Origin: Clostridia bacterium
GTDB taxonomy: Bacteria > Bacillota > Clostridia > UMGS1883
DNA length: 24,331 bases
Direction of reading: 5' to 3'
NCBI GenBank assembly: GCA_051866635.1
Contig: JBJDXJ010000061.1
Location: 1-24,331, forward strand
Position 1 is the first letter of the stretch; each line of letters starts with the position of its first letter. The position numbers and the translations under genes are program-made. This document shows positions 17,694 to 24,331 of this stretch, one piece after another. The notes under the pieces were generated by a model. That model was given only the letters and a program-made list of their open reading frames with translations. It was not told where the DNA came from and did no database searches.

Positions 17694-17973
17694 CGAATAT
17701 CACAACCTTTTTCGCTTCTTCACTCTTTATCCCAAGATATTTCATCAATAATTCCGTCGCTTTAAGGCGGTCCACCGTTTCGATATTTATTCCGGAAGGT
17801 GTTGTCTTTATAGTAGTTATAGCCTTCTTTATATCATCGGGAAGCTCATCAAAACTTTTCCACCTGATTTTTTGTTTTTCATTTTCATACACAATGTCCG
17901 CAAGGTCAGCAGGCGATGTAAAAGCAAATGCCCCAAGGAGCTCGATAATCTTTTTCTTACTTATTCTTGTAAT
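17671..17973 (-). CDS. terS: Terminase small subunit, N-terminally shortened (100 aa if started at ATT 17973)
   Basis: IIELLGAFAF.SPAD, DRLKATELL.KYLG, acidic tail VVIFGEEDLEE overlapping terL. AAGGAGG lies 7 nt before an in-frame ATT; the track's TTG 18051 has no SD. Confidence 0.75.
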   Translation of the reverse strand: MTRISKKKIIELLGAFAFTSPADLADIVYENEKQKIRWKSFDELPDDIKKAITTIKTTPSGINIETVDRLKATELLMKYLGIKSEEAKKVVIFGEEDLEE

Positions 17974-18059
17974 CCTATCCCCTCCTTCGAAAGGAATAAT
18001 AGCATGAAGTCTTGTAGCATTTCGTCCCCAACTATTTTGAATTTTTTTCAAAAAAACTC

Positions 18060-18088
18060 TTGCAATACTTTAAAACCTATGGTATAAT
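18060..18088 (+). promoter_or_regulatory. SigA promoter of rpmE
   Basis: TTGCAA (18060-65), 17 nt, TATAAT (18083-88) with TGn extension; A/T tracts upstream. Confidence 0.85.
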
Positions 18089-18153
18089 CATCGTTGTCTG
18101 TAATGGATTATAATTATTTATATACACAAATTTTCTGAAAGAGGTGAATTGTA

Positions 18154-18354
18154 GTGAGAGAAGGTATCCATCCCAACTACGGTCCTGCTACTATCAAGTG
18201 TGCATGCGGTGCAGTCTTTGAAACAGGTTCTGTTAAGGAATCTATCAATGTTGAAATCTGCTCTAAGTGTCATCCCTTCTACACAGGTAAGCAGAAGCTT
18301 GTTGACACAGGCGGTCGTGTAGAAAAGTTTAAGAAGAAGTTCAACATCCAGTAA
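18154..18354 (+). CDS. rpmE: 50S ribosomal protein L31 (zinc-binding type)
   Basis: [33 protein letters not shown]; GAGGTGA SD, GTG start. Confidence 0.98.
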   Translation: MREGIHPNYGPATIKCACGAVFETGSVKESINVEICSKCHPFYTGKQKLVDTGGRVEKFKKKFNIQ

Positions 18355-18366
18355 GATGTAACTAAA

Positions 18367-18399
18367 AAGAAAGCCTTCGCATAAAGCGGAGGCTTTCTT
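18367..18399 (+). terminator. rpmE intrinsic terminator
   Basis: AAGAAAGCCTTCGC-ATAAA-GCGGAGGCTTTCTT with a U:G wobble on the + strand. Confidence 0.8.
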
Positions 18400-18519
18400 C
18401 ATTATAAAAAAGCATTTTAATGCTTCAACCCACTCAATCTCCCAATCTTGGGGGATGAAAAGGTAAGCTTTTATTTCATAAGCAAATATGCACACATTCT
18501 GCGTGCAATTTCCTATATG

Positions 18520-18569
18520 ATAAAAAAGCAAGTTCATTACCACGGCGGTTTCTGAACTTGCTTTTTTAT
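18520..18569. terminator. Long inverted repeat, probable terminator for the MerR-family gene
   Basis: ATAAAAAAGCAAGTTCA ... TGAACTTGCTTTTTTAT, a perfect 17-bp stem. Confidence 0.7.
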
Positions 18570-18689
18570 TCTATTGCCGTGCGAGAATTTCCTCGCAAAA
18601 GAGAAAAACGCACATGGCATTTCTCCTCTGTTCGCTTTAGCTAAGCTATTGCCAAAAGCGAGGAGACACTTTGTTCCCGTCCTTTTATT

Positions 18690-19142
18690 TTATTCTTCTT
18701 TATTTTTCAATCTTTTTCTTACCTTTACAAACTGTGGCGGTATTTCCTCATCACTCATTTCTCTGGGAACAGCGGCAGTACCCTTTTCTATGGCAGTTTC
18801 ATAATACCATAATTTAAAATCAAGAGCCTCTGCCATTTCATTTAAAACCTTTATTTGCTCCGTCACACTCTTTCGTTGTTTCTTTATTATATCAAGCCTT
18901 TGCTTTAGGGTTTCATCTCCCTCCATTGCCATAAGTATATATGTTTTTATATCCTTAACAGGCATACCGGTTTTTTTCATACATTCAATTGTTTTAAGCC
19001 ATTCGTAGTCCTCATCACAAAACACTCTTATTCCGCTTTCCGAACGTTCAACAAAAGGCAGTAATCCCTCTTTGTCATAGTAGCGAAGGGTTGAAGGTGC
19101 AACACCCAAAAGCTTTGCCATTTCTCCTATGGTATACAGCAT
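18690..19142 (-). CDS. MerR-family transcriptional regulator (AdhR/NmlR-like)
   Basis: YTIGEMAK..GV..STLRYYDKEGLLP HTH; IECMKKTGMPVKDIK with the conserved Cys; GGAGG SD. Confidence 0.92.
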   Translation of the reverse strand: MLYTIGEMAKLLGVAPSTLRYYDKEGLLPFVERSESGIRVFCDEDYEWLKTIECMKKTGMPVKDIKTYILMAMEGDETLKQRLDIIKKQRKSVTEQIKVLNEMAEALDFKLWYYETAIEKGTAAVPREMSDEEIPPQFVKVRKRLKNKEE

Positions 19143-19185
19143 AAAAAATATCCTCCAAAAAAAATAAAAATTTTCAAAAAAAGTA

Positions 19186-19246
19186 TTGACTTAAAGTATA
19201 CTTTAACTTTTATACTTAACTTATACTTTAAAGTATATGGTATAAT
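19186..19246 (+). promoter_or_regulatory. MerR-type promoter/operator (19-bp spacer with AdhR-like palindrome), possibly tandem
   Basis: TTGACT (19186-91), 19 nt, TATACT (19211-16), overlapping perfect palindrome TTAAAGTATACTTTAA (19191-19206). Second unit: TTAACT, 19 nt, TATAAT (19216-19246). Confidence 0.85.
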
Positions 19247-19280
19247 CAGACTTATGTCAAGAGAAACAGGAGGTATTTTG

Positions 19281-20603
19281 ATGAAAAAAAGAATTTTAGC
19301 AAAAACATTAACACTTACATTATTAGCGTCGGCAATAATTATACCTGTAAGTACAGGAGCCAAAGCACCAACAAGAGGTGAAGCTCTTGTGTCAATTATT
19401 CAAACAATAGGCAGAGAGCCGAACGCTCTTTTAGAAACAGCAGAAAATCCATTTACCGATATTTCGGATGAACTTGCACCCTATGCGGCTTATGCATACA
19501 AAAACGGAATTACCGCAGGTGTAGGCGAAAATCTTTTTGCACCTGACAGGGAAATTACAGCGGAAGAATACGCCATCATGCTTGAGAGGGCAAAAAATCT
19601 TACAAATACGGAAACAGCGAAAATTGCAGTCGCAAAACAGGGTATGTTCTCGTCGGGTGGCACAGTTACGGAGCCTATAGAGGGCGAGTTTGATGCAACC
19701 ACAAACTGGCTTGACATGACACGTGCAGGAAATACGGCTCATGTAGACCATGCGAATGTACTCTATCAGGTACCCGAAAATGAAACGGGACTGCCAATGG
19801 TATTTTTGCACGGCTACGGACAGTCCCGTATGGGATGGATGACTACTCCCGACGGAAGAGATGGCTGGTCAACATTATTTTTGAAAAAAGGACACAGTGT
19901 ATTTTTAGTAGATCAGCCACGCAGAGGCGAAGCAGGTTCTACTATAGCTATGACAAATGACTTTCTTGATACGTGGTCGGAGGATTCCAAAGAATACAAG
20001 GCGGGAGATCAGGCGTGGTATACTCATTTCCGTATAGGACGAGGCACTCCCAACAGATATGACGGTTCTCAGTTCCCTGAGGGTGATGAAGCACAGAACC
20101 AGTTTTTGCGTCAGATGACACCGAACACCGGCGGCTTTGATTTAGCGGTTAACAAAGCAGCACTTGATGAAGTATTATGCGATGTTAAAGAAATGACAGG
20201 CAAAAAGAGCATATATATAACACATTCACAGGGTTGTTCTGTTGGGTTCGAGGTTGATACCGAAAATGTTGCGGCACTTGTGGCAATTGAGCCGGGTGGT
20301 GCACCTAATGTAGGATCTGAACAGTATAACAAGCTTCTTGAAGCAAAAATCCCGATTGTATTCTATTACGGTGACTACATAGACAACGGACCGGAGGATA
20401 TTCAGTCAACATCTTTCTGGAAAGGTGCAAGGGATTCGGCTGTCGCTTTTGCGGAAAGCTATAATACAGCCGGCGGCAACTGTACAGTTGTAAACCTCCC
20501 CGATGAGGGAGTGAGTGGGAATTCACACTTTTTGTTCCAAGAGATGAACAATGCACAAATTGCAGACCATCTTGAAAAGTGGATTTTGGAAAATGTGAAA
20601 TAA
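19281..20603 (+). CDS. Exported alpha/beta hydrolase with N-terminal SLH domain
   Basis: Signal peptide; SLH-like FTDI..YAAYAYKNGITAG..FAPDREIT; FLHGYGQ, VDQPRRG, nucleophile HSQG, GNSHF. Start ATG 19281 after GGAGG. Confidence 0.8.
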   Translation: MKKRILAKTLTLTLLASAIIIPVSTGAKAPTRGEALVSIIQTIGREPNALLETAENPFTDISDELAPYAAYAYKNGITAGVGENLFAPDREITAEEYAIMLERAKNLTNTETAKIAVAKQGMFSSGGTVTEPIEGEFDATTNWLDMTRAGNTAHVDHANVLYQVPENETGLPMVFLHGYGQSRMGWMTTPDGRDGWSTLFLKKGHSVFLVDQPRRGEAGSTIAMTNDFLDTWSEDSKEYKAGDQAWYTHFRIGRGTPNRYDGSQFPEGDEAQNQFLRQMTPNTGGFDLAVNKAALDEVLCDVKEMTGKKSIYITHSQGCSVGFEVDTENVAALVAIEPGGAPNVGSEQYNKLLEAKIPIVFYYGDYIDNGPEDIQSTSFWKGARDSAVAFAESYNTAGGNCTVVNLPDEGVSGNSHFLFQEMNNAQIADHLEKWILENVK

Positions 20604-20623
20604 GTGATAAGGAGAACGGCGGT

Positions 20624-20743
20624 ATGAATATAAAAATGCTATGTGCTTCGGTACTGACATTGGGTATTCTTGTAGCCTCGCTTTTAATGGCGTTCGTGCG
20701 GACGCACAATCTGAACAATTTTCTTCCAAAATTGGTTTTGTGA
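20624..20743 (+). CDS. 39-aa hydrophobic ORF, possibly the remnant of an exported-protein gene
   Basis: AAGGAG SD; MNIKMLCASVLTLGILVASLLMAFVRTHNLNNFLPKLVL*; the stop abuts the SD of the next gene. Confidence 0.35.
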   Translation: MNIKMLCASVLTLGILVASLLMAFVRTHNLNNFLPKLVL

Positions 20744-20764
20744 AAGGAGTTAATAATTATAAAA

Positions 20765-21304
20765 ATGAGTAAAAAAGTTTTAATTTTATCAGGAAGCCCC
20801 CGTAAAGGCGGCAACTCGGATTTGCTGTGCGATGAATTTATGCGCGGTGCGAAGGAAAAGGGATATACGGTTGAAAAGATTTTTATAAGGGATAAGAAAA
20901 TAGGCTATTGCACAGCTTGTTATTACTGCAGAAACAACAGCGGTAAGTGTGCTATAAAGGATGATATGTCAGAAATCCTTGATAAAATGATTGATGCAGA
21001 TGTAATTGTCCTTGCAAGTCCTGTATATTTTTATTCTATTGATGCACAGCTTAAAACTGTCATTGACCGCACTGTTGCAAGATGGACACAGATAAAAAAC
21101 AAGGAGTTTTATTACATAATGACAGCGGCTGATGATAACAGGTCGGCTATGGACTGCACGCTTGAATGTATGCACGGCTTTGCCGTATGTCTTGACGGTT
21201 CAAAAGAACGGGGAGTTGTTTTCGGCACAGGTGTTTATGAAGCGGGTGAAATTAAAAATACTCCTGCGTTTGTTGAAGCATACAAAATGGGATTAAACGT
21301 TTAG
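20765..21304 (+). CDS. Flavodoxin-fold iron-sulfur flavoprotein / NADPH-dependent FMN reductase
   Basis: SGSPRKGGNS, CTACYYC..C, ADVIVLASPVYFY, LKTVIDR. Confidence 0.9.
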   Translation: MSKKVLILSGSPRKGGNSDLLCDEFMRGAKEKGYTVEKIFIRDKKIGYCTACYYCRNNSGKCAIKDDMSEILDKMIDADVIVLASPVYFYSIDAQLKTVIDRTVARWTQIKNKEFYYIMTAADDNRSAMDCTLECMHGFAVCLDGSKERGVVFGTGVYEAGEIKNTPAFVEAYKMGLNV

Positions 21305-21313
21305 GAGGCATCT

Positions 21314-21721
21314 GTGATGAAAGAATTAAGCGTATTTAAAACAGGCGAAAAAAACGATGCTTTTGCAGAGTTTTTTACGGGACAGAGTTATCTTAATATG
21401 CTCTCGACAAATCAGGTTGGCATTGCAAATGTGACATTTGAACCGAAGTGCCGCAACAACTGGCACATACACCATGCAAAGAGCGGAGGCGGTCAGATTT
21501 TGCTTGTAACGGCAGGACGCGGCTACTATCAGGAATGGGGCAAGAAAGCCATTGAACTGAAGCCGGGCGATGTTGTAAATATCCCGCCTGAGGTCAAGCA
21601 TTGGCACGGTGCGGCAAAAGATGAATGGTTTCAGCATATAGCAGTGGAGGTGCCTGCCGAAGATGGCTCAAACGAATGGCTTGAGGCAGTGTCCGACGAG
21701 GAATATAAAAAATTAAAATAA
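21314..21721 (+). CDS. Cupin domain protein
   Basis: VTFEPKCRNNWHIH, GGQILL, PGDVV.IPPEVKHWHGA. Confidence 0.9.
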   Translation: MMKELSVFKTGEKNDAFAEFFTGQSYLNMLSTNQVGIANVTFEPKCRNNWHIHHAKSGGGQILLVTAGRGYYQEWGKKAIELKPGDVVNIPPEVKHWHGAAKDEWFQHIAVEVPAEDGSNEWLEAVSDEEYKKLK

Positions 21722-21754
21722 TTGGAAAAGAGCAAAAAGGTTGTGAAAATTACT

Positions 21755-23317
21755 ATGAAAAAACTATTATCAATTTTAATGACATTGATTTTTGCAATGT
21801 CAATGGTAACAGGATGCTCTGCCGCAGAGGATAAATCTGATAGCTTTATCCTTACAATGCAGATCGGAAATCCCGTTATGAGTGTAAACGGCGTGGACAC
21901 AGAAATTGATCCCGGACGTGGTACTGTGCCGTTTATACAAAACGACAGAACTCTCGTACCTATCCGTGCCATTATTGAAGCAATGGGCGGCAGCGTTAAT
22001 TGGGATGAAGAAACGCAAACGGCATTTCTCCATTATAACGGCGATATCATAACACTTGCAATTGGAAATCGAACAGCATATTTAAACGAAACAGCAAATA
22101 CGCTTGATGTTGCTCCCACAGTGATTAATGACAGAACAATGCTGCCTATACGTTTTATTGCAGAAAGCTTTAAGTTTAATGTGAATTGGAACGGAGAAAC
22201 GCAGACGATAACAATTACAAAATCGGATGAAGTAACTCAAAATACTGCTGTGCAGCCAACAGAACGCGGAAAAGTGCTGGTAGTTTACTATTCCGCAACG
22301 GGAAGCACCGAAAAAGTTGCCCGGTATATAGCAGACGAAACAGGAGCCGATATTTTCGAGCTTGAACCCGTAAACCCTTATACAGACGCAGATTTAGACT
22401 GGACAGACGATAACAGCCGTGTTGTTCGTGAACACAACAACGAAAATGAAAGAAAAGTAGAACTTAAAGAAACCTCTGTTACCGATTGGGAGTCTTATGA
22501 CACTGTATTTATAGGCTATCCTATCTGGTGGGGTATTGCCTCATGGCCCGTAAACGGTTTTATTGAAGCAAATGACTTTACAGGCAAAACCGTTATTCCC
22601 TTCTGCACCTCGGCAAGCTCCTCTCTTGGCGAAAGCGGAAAGCTTTTAGCGGAAGTGGCAGGAACGGGAGATTGGGATTTGGGTATGCGTTTTAGGTCAG
22701 GTGTAAGCGAAAACGATGTGAAAACTTGGGTAGAAAGCCTTGATATTAAGACCGATACAAGCAAAACAAACAGTAAAACACTCGTTGTTTACTTCTCCCA
22801 GCCGGAAACAGATAAAGCGGATAATATGACGCAGGAGGAGGACAACAGCACGGTTGTTATTAACGGCGAGGTTTTGGGCAATACCCAGTATATGGCTTAT
22901 GTAATTGCAGAAACCAAAAATGCGGATATTTTCCGTATTGAGCCCGAAATCCCATATCCCACCGAACACCGAACATTAGTTGATCAGGCAGCCCGGGAAC
23001 AGGATAACAAGGCACGCCCTGCAATAAAAGGCAGTCTTGAAAACATTGATGATTATGATGTACTCTTTCTTGGTTATCCCAACTGGTGGGGCGATATGCC
23101 TATGATTTTATACACATTCTTGGAACAGTATGATTTATCGGGGAAAACAGTAATTCCCTTTAACACGCACGGTGGCAGTGGATTTTCTGACACAATAGAT
23201 ACAATACGCACTCTTCAGCCTTCTGCTGAGGTATTGGATGGTTTGTCAATCTCTCGTAATCACATACAGGACGCAGAAGACGAAATTGTCACTTGGATAA
23301 ACAACTTGGATAAATAA
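21755..23317 (+). CDS. Exported (lipo)protein: copper-amine-oxidase N-terminal-like domain plus two flavodoxin domains
   Basis: Signal peptide with VTGC lipobox-like site; DRTLVPIRAI.E and DRTMLPIRFIAE; two flavodoxins (YYSATGST..GYPIWWG; YFS..GNT..GYPNWWG). Start ATG 21755. Confidence 0.8.
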   Translation: MKKLLSILMTLIFAMSMVTGCSAAEDKSDSFILTMQIGNPVMSVNGVDTEIDPGRGTVPFIQNDRTLVPIRAIIEAMGGSVNWDEETQTAFLHYNGDIITLAIGNRTAYLNETANTLDVAPTVINDRTMLPIRFIAESFKFNVNWNGETQTITITKSDEVTQNTAVQPTERGKVLVVYYSATGSTEKVARYIADETGADIFELEPVNPYTDADLDWTDDNSRVVREHNNENERKVELKETSVTDWESYDTVFIGYPIWWGIASWPVNGFIEANDFTGKTVIPFCTSASSSLGESGKLLAEVAGTGDWDLGMRFRSGVSENDVKTWVESLDIKTDTSKTNSKTLVVYFSQPETDKADNMTQEEDNSTVVINGEVLGNTQYMAYVIAETKNADIFRIEPEIPYPTEHRTLVDQAAREQDNKARPAIKGSLENIDDYDVLFLGYPNWWGDMPMILYTFLEQYDLSGKTVIPFNTHGGSGFSDTIDTIRTLQPSAEVLDGLSISRNHIQDAEDEIVTWINNLDK

Positions 23318-23335
23318 TTTTGGGAGGAATTAAAT

Positions 23336-24223
23336 ATGGAATATATTACATTAAATAACGGCGTTAAAATGCCTATGCTCGGTTACGGAGTTTATCAAGT
23401 AACACAAGAGGAATGTGAAAGATGCGTACTTGACGCACTTTCCACTGGTTATCGCTTAATTGATACCGCACAAAGCTATTTCAATGAAGAACAAGTGGGA
23501 AATGCTATCCAAAAATCATCTGTTCCGAGAGAAGAAATATTTTTAACAACAAAGGTGTGGATTGACAATTACGGTTATGAAGTTGCAAAAAAGTCTGTTT
23601 TAACTTCTATGGAAAAGCTGAAAACAAACTACCTTGACCTTTGCCTACTGCACCAGCCCTTCAGCGATGTTTACGGTGCATACAGAGCTTTGGAGGAATT
23701 ATACGAAGAGGGAAAAATCCGTGCAATCGGTATCTCCAACTTTTATGTTGACAGAATGATTGATATAGCTTCATTCTCAAAAATAAAACCTATGGTAAAT
23801 CAAATTGAAATACATCCCCTCCACCAACAGAATGAACAGCTTACATGGGCGAAGAAGTATAATATTGCACCGGAGGCATGGGCACCATTCGGTGAGGGCA
23901 GAGGTGAAATGTTCTCCAATCCCATTCTCGCTGAAATCGGGAAAAAATATGGTAAAACAGTTGCTCAAGTAATACTACGTTGGCATATTCAAAGAGGTGT
24001 TACGGTAATTCCAAAAAGCACTCATATTGAAAGAATGAAAGAAAATTTTGATGTATTTGATTTTACTCTCACCGACCAAGATATGAAAACAATAGCAAAT
24101 CTTGATACGGGCAAAAGTGCTTTCTTTTCCCACACAGATCCCAATATGGTAGAATGGTTTGTTGAAATGACAAAAGTAAGAAGAATACAGCATGACAGCT
24201 CTAAAGAAAACAAAAAATGGTAA
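23336..24223 (+). CDS. Aldo/keto reductase (2,5-DKG reductase-like)
   Basis: LNNGVKMP.LGYG, IDTAQSY.NE, FLTTK, YLDL.LLHQP, IGISNF, IPKS. Confidence 0.95.
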   Translation: MEYITLNNGVKMPMLGYGVYQVTQEECERCVLDALSTGYRLIDTAQSYFNEEQVGNAIQKSSVPREEIFLTTKVWIDNYGYEVAKKSVLTSMEKLKTNYLDLCLLHQPFSDVYGAYRALEELYEEGKIRAIGISNFYVDRMIDIASFSKIKPMVNQIEIHPLHQQNEQLTWAKKYNIAPEAWAPFGEGRGEMFSNPILAEIGKKYGKTVAQVILRWHIQRGVTVIPKSTHIERMKENFDVFDFTLTDQDMKTIANLDTGKSAFFSHTDPNMVEWFVEMTKVRRIQHDSSKENKKW

Positions 24224-24248
24224 ATTCTAATTTATAAATAACAAGAGA

Positions 24249-24277
24249 CGGGGGTGCGGACCATGTCCGCACCCCCG
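24249..24277 (+). terminator. GC-rich hairpin after the reductase operon (no U-tract)
   Basis: CGGGGGTGCGGAC-CAT-GTCCGCACCCCCG, a perfect 13-bp stem. Confidence 0.6.
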
Positions 24278-24331
24278 GAGATTGTAAAATAAAGTGTGTA
24301 AGTTAGAAAAAAGCTTGCACACTTTTTGCAT
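24278..24331 (+). mobile_element. Possible IS256-family terminal sequence, cut by the window end
   Basis: GAGATTGTAAAATAAAGTGTGTAAG resembles IS256-type termini (from recall) and is followed by a partial inverted copy CTTGCACACTTT; no transposase visible. Confidence 0.4.

Larger units (their letters stand above)
5381..17973 (-). mobile_element. Phage-derived head + contractile-tail operon (GTA-like or domesticated PBSX-like element)
   Basis: 19 co-oriented, tightly coupled structural and packaging genes; no integrase, replication, repressor, lysis or fibre genes; bounded by host promoters on both sides. Confidence 0.8.

Noticed and set aside
17163-17765. 200-aa plus-strand ORF and similar shadow ORFs (e.g. 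10708-11253, 1630-1947, 20305-20814)
   Set aside because: Antisense or off-frame overlaps of well-supported genes, with no recognisable protein features.
5381-17973. Complete temperate prophage
   Set aside because: No integrase, repressor, replication or lysis genes, no flanking direct repeats seen by eye, and host promoters abut both ends.
12880-17973. Capsid-forming phage satellite (cf-PICI)
   Set aside because: Those carry an integrase and primase and lack tail genes; this locus has the opposite content.
17974-18051. TTG start at 18051 for terS, as given in the ORF track
   Set aside because: No SD, it lies in the AT tract next to the rpmE promoter, and a perfect SD points to ATT 17973. 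Not excluded experimentally.
18422-18455. GAGTGGGTTGAAGC (minus strand) resembling the 3' end of a type I-C CRISPR repeat
   Set aside because: Single partial copy with no spacer-repeat periodicity and no cas genes.
18118-18543. 141-aa minus-strand ORF
   Set aside because: Antisense to rpmE, crosses two terminators and has no recognisable motif.

Overview
Clostridia-like (low-GC Firmicutes) chromosomal window. Left: a small alarmone synthetase (RelA/SpoT domain), type III glutamine synthetase and a secreted ricin-lectin/HEXXH metallopeptidase. Centre (5381-17973, minus strand): a compact ~12.6 kb operon of 19 apparently intact genes for a phage head plus a PBSX/Xkd-type contractile tail. It is packed between the promoters of two host genes and has no integrase, repressor, replication, lysis or tail-fibre gene in the window. 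Its small terminase appears to lack the DNA-recognition HTH and probably starts at ATT. The usual tape-measure slot is closed, and a 238-aa tape-measure-like gene sits between terL and the portal. Together these point to a domesticated, gene-transfer-agent-like particle (inference, untested). Right: rpmE, then a MerR/AdhR-type regulator divergent from a carbonyl/redox-stress operon (SLH-hydrolase, flavoprotein, cupin, exported double flavodoxin, aldo/keto reductase). The window ends in a possible IS256-family terminus. All family assignments are from motif recognition, not database searches.
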